17,427 nt of DNA from Azolla caroliniana (lineage: Eukaryota > Plantae > Polypodiophyta), in NCBI GenBank assembly GCA_043228905.1, contig JBHGNT010000697.1, forward strand, positions 1 to 17,427, in the 5' to 3' direction. The translations under genes were made by a program, and so were the position numbers. This document shows positions 10,861-17,427 of the stretch, one piece after another; the stretch's first letter is position 1; the number at the start of each line of letters is the position of its first letter. The notes under the pieces were generated by a model. It was given only the letters and a program-made list of their open reading frames with translations. It did no database searches and was not told the origin of the DNA.

Positions 10861-11910
10861 TGTCCTCATATGCATATAACTAGGTATTGGAGTCCTAATT
10901 CCAGCAGAGGAATATATTTCCCAAGTTATGGAATAAAAGAGATGTTATTTGGCATACCAAAGTGATTTTAGCACTTTTACCGAGAACCTACTCTAAATAA
11001 TTATATCATGCTCACCTCAGGTCCACTGTGGGGGGCCCAATGTCACCTTGGTGCATCATATGAACTCTCCATGATCGTGACTTGGATCTAATTCCACTTT
11101 AGTACATTGAAGAGAAGTTATTGTCAAAATCTCATCATTAACCTGGAACCAATGAGATAGATTTTGGCGTATCTTTGTCCTAGATCACTCACTTTGTAAT
11201 ATAATTCACTTACTTGGGAGAAGGAGAATGAGAGTGGAGGTACTGACATTTTATACACATCATCAGGACTCTGGAATCACTTCTGTATGTTAGGAATGGC
11301 CCCATAGTGGGGCATAGAGACAACACCAGTACCATGGGAATGCTGGAGGTGCTACCAGCCTCAATTTGCTGAGGAAAAACAGCTCGATGCACAAGCTAAT
11401 CGGAGAGATTAAAGATAATTAATTGGATGAATCCTGATTACAAGAGCACTTAAAAGAACATAAAAAGACGATGACCACGAGGATAGCACGGTGTAGATCA
11501 TAAAAGTATTCTAAATCTCTATATCTCTTCGTTGATACACTCTTAAAAATAGCACAATCAAGATCAAGACAAGGTTGTTATTCCCACTCAAGTAGTTGTG
11601 ACTGCCTACGACATTTCATATTTCCCTAAAGGTTAACAGCCTGAATCTATTCATCATGAATGTGATACATAATCTTATTATTGCTCCAACTTTCAGAAAT
11701 TGCTACATGTTTATCTCCATGAATCCGTTTTGTGTTTTGTATCCCAAGAGAAAAGAAGATAAGCACATGAATTTTTCTTGACAAAAACTGGAGTTCTTGA
11801 ATGATGAACGCACACGCACACGCACACATACAGAAGGAAAAAGGACATAAAAAGAACGAAGAAAAAACAGAAGAAGAAAAGCTTGCTTACAGTGGGGAAG
11901 AGAGACGCTA

Positions 11911-12159
11911 CTACTTGTTGAGGCCAAGGCGCTGGCTAGTGGATATTTTAGGGTTGGGAAGAAGCATGGAAGCTACATTAGGGTTGGGCGGGGCGGCGGA
12001 GGAAGACGATGAAGAAGCGGAAGGAGCAGAAGGGGGGGGAGGAAGGGCGGAGGCAGCTGCGACCGCCGCTGCCGCAGCAGCCACTCTCTTCTTGGCTTCC
12101 GCGAGCTCTTCCTTGTCGTCTGCGCTCAGCTCCAGCCTTGTGGGCTTCCTCTTCAGCAT
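11911..12159 (-). CDS. CDC26: Anaphase-promoting complex/cyclosome subunit CDC26 (APC12), 82 aa, intronless CDS
   Basis: N-terminal MLKRKPTRLELSADDKEEL is the CDC26 signature (MLRRKPTxIxLxxEDxEEL). It is followed by an Ala/Pro/Ser-rich linker and the plant-type C-terminal S..RLGL motif (SQRLGLNK). The true start is Met84 of the 165-aa ORF call, because CDC26 needs this Met at its N-terminus. Confidence 0.92.
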   Translation of the reverse strand: MLKRKPTRLELSADDKEELAEAKKRVAAAAAAVAAASALPPPPSAPSASSSSSSAAPPNPNVASMLLPNPKISTSQRLGLNK

Positions 12160-12160
12160 C

Positions 12161-12310
12161 TCTGCGCACACACACACAGATTCGCTCTGATCTGCTCTGT
12201 TTATGTCTATGTCTCTGAGCTCTGATCTTCTCTGTCTCTGAGCTCTGATCTTCTCTGTCTCTGTCTCTGAGCTCTGAGCTCTGCTCTTTCTCTGTCTCTG
12301 TCTCTGCTTT
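12161..12310 (-). repeat. GA-rich tandem repeats in the CDC26 5' UTR/proximal promoter (24-bp unit x2 plus AGAGAC/AGAGCTC units and a short (GT)n)
   Basis: The + strand shows tctctgagctctgatcttctctg twice in tandem, then tctctg/gagctct reiterations. Confidence 0.8.
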
Positions 12311-12392
12311 CTGCGTTTCTTTCCTAAAAGGGAAAGAACAGAGCACTCTCGGAAAATACCCCTGAGTTTTTCATATTTCTCCAAATACCCTT

Positions 12393-12407
12393 TGGGCTCC
12401 AAGCCCA
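12393..12407. promoter_or_regulatory. Pair of inverted site II (TGGGCY) motifs in the CDC26 promoter
   Basis: TGGGCT-cca-AGCCCA about 240 bp upstream of the CDC26 ATG. Site II motifs are TCP-bound elements of proliferation and housekeeping genes. Motif match only. Confidence 0.5.
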
Positions 12408-12527
12408 TCCTTCTTCTTTACATTAACAAACAGAGAAAGAACAAAAAGAAATGGGGATGTCCATTGTCCAAGACCATATTACATTCTCTCTCTCTCTCTC
12501 TCTCGGAGCACTTACTCCCTACTGATT

Positions 12528-13327
12528 TGTCGGCCCGTTAGATGCGTTTCGGGAAAGCTTCACTAAGAGCCTCTATAGACCATCCTATAAAGGGGGGGCC
12601 CCAGGATATAAAGCGAAACTCGGTGGGTGCAGGTTTGGGCACCCTAGAAGGTTCTCCGATTCCCGAAACTCGTGAACACGTTGTCGTGTTGTTACGCTCT
12701 TCGCGTTCGGAAAGAGGTGGAACCGCGGGGGCCTTGAACCAAGGGGCGTGAGAAAGAGGGGGGAGAGAGAGAGAGAGCAGCTTGCAGAAACACAGAGGAG
12801 GAAAGAGACAGAGAACAAAGTCTTAATTACAATCGACAACGATTACAACCGGCAAGCCGGCGACGGACCCAACCTAGGCGGACACACACACATACACACG
12901 ATGCTCACGCACGCACGCACACAGCCCGACTGCACAGTGGAGCCTCTACCGGAAGCACACGGGTTGTCCACGAAGCAGAGGCAACACAATCCGAAATCTT
13001 GCAGAGAAAGTCGAACGATGGAGGAGAGAGCTCGGTCCCGGTCCGACAACACTTCCTCCTCGCTCCCAAAAACGCGATATATTTCTCTCACTTCTCCCTC
13101 TCTTTTATAACCCAAGGAGGGAGGCCGTTACATCATGTTTATTCCCTGTCCTTTCGGACAGGGATACGCCTCGATTTCCTCCCTACCGAACGCGTACTAC
13201 CTAGGATTTCGCCTCAGGCGACTTGTACCTACCTACGTACTATACAACAAAACTTGTGCCCACGTGTAAGGGCCGGTTTACGCACGTTATACCTGGTTTC
13301 CGCCTAGGGACGGTTTTCTCCACGACA
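12528..13327 (-). repeat. 3' LTR of the Ty3/gypsy element (~800 bp)
   Basis: Starts TGTCG on the minus strand at 13327, directly after the polypurine tract. Ends CGACA at 12528, where composition shifts to host CT-rich DNA. TATAAAAG at 13109-13102. An alternative end at 12682 gives a 7-bp terminal IR (TGTCGTG...CACGACA). The 5' LTR is outside the window, so the end cannot be verified. Confidence 0.7.
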
Positions 13328-13344
13328 TTTGCCCCCACCTAACC
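13328..13344 (-). other. Polypurine tract (plus-strand primer site)
   Basis: Minus strand ggttaggtgggggcaaa immediately followed by TGTCG, ~60 bp after the pol stop. Confidence 0.7.
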
Positions 13345-13401
13345 ATGCATCCACTGGTATGCGCCAAAATTAGACTCTTGCCGGAGAAGACTAGCCCATG
13401 C

Positions 13402-16400
13402 TTATCCTTCGTCTTCCGGATCAGCATCCGTTCTGAGCCGGTCGTTGTCGCTATCCAGGTCATCCGGGTTCGGTTTAGCCTCGTGCCGCTTTTTGAATGC
13501 TTTGATCCTTTTCCCCGCCACCGGTATCGCCATCCTTGTCCCGTCGAGCTCTGCGAGATGGTAGGTCCCATTGTCGTTGGCGCTCGTCACCGCATAAGGC
13601 CCAAACCACCTTCTTGCAAACTTCCGCGTTTGCCCGGTGCTGGTTGTCGAGGCTACTGTCATACACTAGAACCCAGTCGCCTTCCTCGATCTTCTTCGGT
13701 CTCAGTCGATGAGTCTGATCGAACCGTCCTTTGTTCTTTACCCTTGCCACCCGGTCCACGTCCTCCGGTCCACGTCCTCCGGTCTTCGTTCCAGCTGCCG
13801 AATCTATGCCGCTAACAGCTCCTCCCGGCTCATCTCGTTGTTCCAGTCCACCATGGCCCATGAGGAGATTGTCTGCTCCGTTGGCATGATCGGCTTCTGC
13901 TCGTACATTAGCTCTGCCGGCATGAACCCGGTTACCGAACTGTGCGTAGTTCGGTCCGCCCACAACGCATAGGGTAAGAGCCACGACCAGTTCCCGACAT
14001 GGCCTCCACACACCCGTACCAACGCTTTGACGATCGGCCCGTGTCTGCGCTCCACCTTCCCGTTAGCCTCCGGATTGTACGTCGTGGTGAGCGAGAGTTT
14101 AATTCCTAGCCGGTCAAATAGCTCTTCCGCCTCTTGCGCGTCCAATTCCCTGTTGTCGGCCACGATCTTACCTACGCACCCGTACCGACATACCACTTCT
14201 TCGATTAGAAATCGGCACACAGCCGCGGTCGTTTTGCTCTGCAACGCTCGGCCTTCCACGTGGTTCGTCAAGTCCTCCTGAGCCAACACCAGATACCGCA
14301 TATGCCCTACCCCCATCGGCATCGTCACCAGATCCACCATCCACTTGAAGTGGACGGTCGGAGGGTAGGTCGGGTGGAGCTCGTCCCAATGTCGGACTAT
14401 AGAGTGCACTTGACAGCTTTCACAAGTCGTCACGAACCGATGCACGTCTCGGTATAGTCCCGGCCGCCAGTACTTCCCCTTTAGCTTCTCAAATGTGGCC
14501 CACATCCCGCAGTGTCCGGCCCAAGGACTCTCGTGGTACGCCGTCAACAATTCTTCCTGTTCCTCTTTCTTCACCACCACTCGGAGTGGGATGCCGTCTC
14601 TCTTCTTCGGGTCCTTCCATATGCTCCTGTCCCGTAGAAAGAATCGGTACGCTTTCTTCCGAATCTGGTTGGCCTCTTCCTTCGTCCATGACGCGTCCGG
14701 TGTCATTGCCTTCAGGAACCCGTCGATATGGAGCCACTCCCCGTCGTACTTGCTCTCGTCGAATTCGTTAAGTGCCGGAGTGCTCCCCTTTCTTGTTGTT
14801 ACATTGGCTGACCCGAAGAAATCCTCGCCGACTTCCTCGTTATCCGAAACCATGCCATCCTCGTCATTGAACTGCGCCCTTGAAAGCATATCGGCCATGG
14901 CATTATCTTTCCCGAAGATGTGTCGTATCTCCGAGTTCAGGGACTTGATGTACGCGATCCACCTGAGCATCACCAAGTCCGGAGTCGCGCATCCGGAGAC
15001 CATACCTAGAATCGGTAGGCAGTCCGTCTCGATGATCACTTCCGTCCCGATCAGATAGTCCTTGTCGGCCTTGACTGCTGACACGATACCCCACAGCTCG
15101 CGCTTAACTTGGGCGTATCCTCGCTGCCGCTCGCTCAATACCTTTGCCCCGAACTGGATCGGGAACCGTACGCCGTCCTTGTCCTCCTGACTGATCACCC
15201 ACCCGATCCCTGTCGGGCGCGTGTCCACCGTCACGTAGATGGGGACTTCCATGCTGTAAACTGCTTTCCGGAGAGCCGGTGTTGCAGCAAGCGCCTCCTT
15301 TAGCCTCCGGACTGACTCCGTGTGCTCCGTCCTCCACTCGAACCTACGCCCTTTCTTCAATAGCCCGTAGAGAGGTTCCACAAAATGTGTGTAGTGCGGA
15401 ATCTAGATGTGGTAGAACACACACGCACCCAAGAATTTGCGGACCTCCGTAACCGACCCGCAATCTTCCTTCATCACGGAGATGGCTTTTACCTTTGCTG
15501 GGGACGGTTTCCGGCCATAGGGCCCGCACAGGTGTCCAACTACCAGGATCTCCAGTTGTTCGAATGCTGATTTTTCTCCGGAGAAGGTGAACCGCACACT
15601 CTCGAGTCTTTGTAGCACCTTCTCGCAGTCGCGGATGTGATCCGTCACGAACTTCTGGCAACCGTTGGGCCCGACTGACTCGTCCTTATCCTCCACCGGA
15701 CATCCTTTGATCATGATGTCGTCCAGAAACGGCATGGTGATGTCCGGGATGCACTCCCTCAACACCTTGTTCATCGCATTCACCATGTGTGCCACCGAGT
15801 TCGTTCCTCCTTGCGGTAGGGTACACATCCGAACTAGGCCGAGAGGAGTCCGCATCGTCGTGACATCCCTGCTCTCTACGGCTAACTGGAACTTATCGTA
15901 GCCTGAGTACAGGCCCCCGACCAAGTAGATCAACCTCCCTGCGAAAGCCTCCGCGAACTCATCGATGGTTGGACTGATACCTGCGTTTCGAATGGTCACC
16001 TTGTTGACCGGCTGTAGGTCTTGTATGAAGTGCAGTGTGTCGTTCTTCTTCGGCACGGTAAACCACCGATTCGAATATGGGGCGCTCGACGATTCGAGGA
16101 TGCCCATCTCCACCTTCTGTTTCAGCAGCTCCATCAGCTTCGGGATGTGAGCTTTGGGTACCGGAATCAGTTTGAGACTCCACGGCACATGCGATACCGT
16201 GAAGATCACCATTGGTTCCACAACCTTCGGGTCTACGCACCTGATCTCCTCCGGTGAGAATGCGAAAGCTTTCCCGTGCCTCCCAAGCATTCTCTGAAAC
16301 CGGTCCTCTTCCGTCGGTAGTAGAAAGCCACCCCCACCGATCTTGAGCTCCCGTAGCGTTACGTCGGTGAACATGTGTCCTATGTTGGCCGGATCTCGTA

Positions 16401-16887
16401 AACTTAGGTCCGACGCAACCCCCTTTATCCGTAACTCGTTGCCCTCCAGCAAGGGTGACGTGATTGGCCTCACCTTCCGGTCCACAGTCTTGTACTTCGT
16501 ATCCACTCGGGCCGTCTGATCTGACTCGAGTCCACTACCGAAGTCGGCGATGACTTCGTACATCTTTTCCGAACATACCGGAATCATCCGGTCCTCATTA
16601 AGGCCTTCTCTGAACACCTCCCGTAACTTCCCCAAGGTGTCGTCGAAAGAGACTGCCTCCATGGCTCCATTGATTTCCTCTTCAGGGCTGAGGACTCCGC
16701 ACGCCCGAAGCCGCTCCTCCGCTTGCTTCTTTTCCCGGCCAACTACGCTGGCTATCGTACAACCACCGCTATCGAAGAACCAAAATTTTCTACCTATGGT
16801 ACATGTGTTTTTGCCTATAATACATCTGTGGGGTTTTTCTAGGGTGTTCGAACTATCGTGGCCCCACGCCTTGATAGCCCTCTCTAA
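13402..16887 (-). pseudogene. Disrupted pol (RT-RNase H-integrase)
   Basis: RT: WFTVPKK, LPQG.TNS, PFLDD. RNase H: VTVDT, RELWG, ETDC, ADMLSR. IN: H..WAGH/C..C zinc finger, WMVD...VADN...KVE triad, WFGPY. Lesions: in-frame TAG at 15403-15405 and 13804-13806, a 14-bp duplication at 13751-13778, and a further frameshift near 13640. Confidence 0.92.
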
Positions 16888-16893
16888 AAATCC
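16828..16893 (-). promoter_or_regulatory. Putative programmed -1 ribosomal frameshift signal (G GAU UUU heptamer plus downstream RNA structure)
   Basis: Heptamer at 16893-16887, in the correct phase and followed by TAG. The -1 frame is open from there into RT. An 8-bp stem begins 6 nt downstream. Confidence 0.75.
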
Positions 16894-17427
16894 CCTCGGT
16901 TGTCCCCGTCAAGGGTCTCGCGGTTTCACTCGTGGTTGGGTCGCATTGTCATGAATTGGACGGAATGCCGACCGTTTTGGCTCTTGACACGCGCATACGC
17001 CAAACCGTTGTCCAGTACTTTCGTCTCCATGCGCGCTGCCGTAATGTACGGTTCACCGAGAATTACCAGGTGCGAGGAAGTCTCCTGCACGAAGAAACGA
17101 TGATCTATCTCGACGTCACCGATCTTCACGTGTACATTCGGGCACGCACCATGCAACTCCTCTGTAGCGCGCGTCGCCGCGCGTATCTTCCACCTGTGCT
17201 TGGTGTTGATTGGCCATTTCCCCCTTTTATAGAAGTCCATGGACATTAGGTTGATCTCCGAACCGTGGTCTACCAATGCCACCACCGGCTCCTGGACGTC
17301 GCCGATCCGAGCAAGGGTTTCCGTAGTGGCCTTAGCCCAATGCGGCTTCGCGTAGTGGCTTTCCGCCAACTCATCCTCTAGGGCCGTGTCTTCTAAGTGC
17401 ATCGTCTGCACTTCCACCGGCCTCTCC
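16884..17427 (-). pseudogene. 3' end of the gag-protease ORF (aspartic protease)
   Basis: ALVDHGSEINLMS active-site variant and VILGEPY motif. A TGA at 16928-16926 is probably a CGA>TGA change; the frame continues NRETLDGDNRGDF to TAG at 16886-16884. Confidence 0.85.

Larger units (their letters stand above)
12528..17427 (-). mobile_element. Ty3/gypsy LTR retrotransposon, non-chromovirus, 5' part outside the window, inactivated
   Basis: Domain order PR-RT-RH-IN, then PPT and LTR; no chromodomain after the GPY/F motif. Confidence 0.95.

Noticed and set aside
12160-12408. 83-aa N-terminal extension of CDC26 in the 165-aa ORF call
   Set aside because: It is translated GA-rich repeat. CDC26 homologues begin at MLxRKPT.
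12542-13307. Short ORFs within the LTR, or an env-like gene
   Set aside because: Low-complexity translations. Only ~60 bp separate the pol stop from the PPT, leaving no room for env.
13345-17249. Plus-strand and alternative-frame ORFs over the retroelement (e.g. 14495-15058, 13345-13815, 16550-16954)
   Set aside because: Antisense shadows of GC-rich pol codons with no recognisable motifs.

Overview
Eukaryotic land-plant genomic DNA. A non-seed plant such as a fern or lycophyte is my guess from the retroelement type; this is not established. From left to right the window holds: (1) the probable start codon and 5'-UTR intron of a minus-strand gene that leaves the window at position 1; (2) a hAT-type MITE; (3) a two-exon ZAR1-like (LRR-III) receptor-like kinase on +, whose 1.77-kb intron carries a ~300-bp tandem duplication and a long hairpin; (4) an AT-rich intergenic/3'-UTR region; (5) a small minus-strand gene for the APC/C subunit CDC26 (82 aa), hidden inside a longer spurious ORF, with no TTM3 ORF behind it; (6) the 3' part of a decayed non-chromovirus Ty3/gypsy LTR retrotransposon (protease, RT, RNase H, integrase, PPT, 3' LTR) inserted just upstream of CDC26 in the same orientation. 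The two most notable observations are an apparent programmed -1 frameshift signal (G GAU UUU UAG plus a downstream stem/pseudoknot) placed after the protease rather than between gag and protease, and a CDC26 gene apparently uncoupled from the plant CDC26-TTM3 bicistron.
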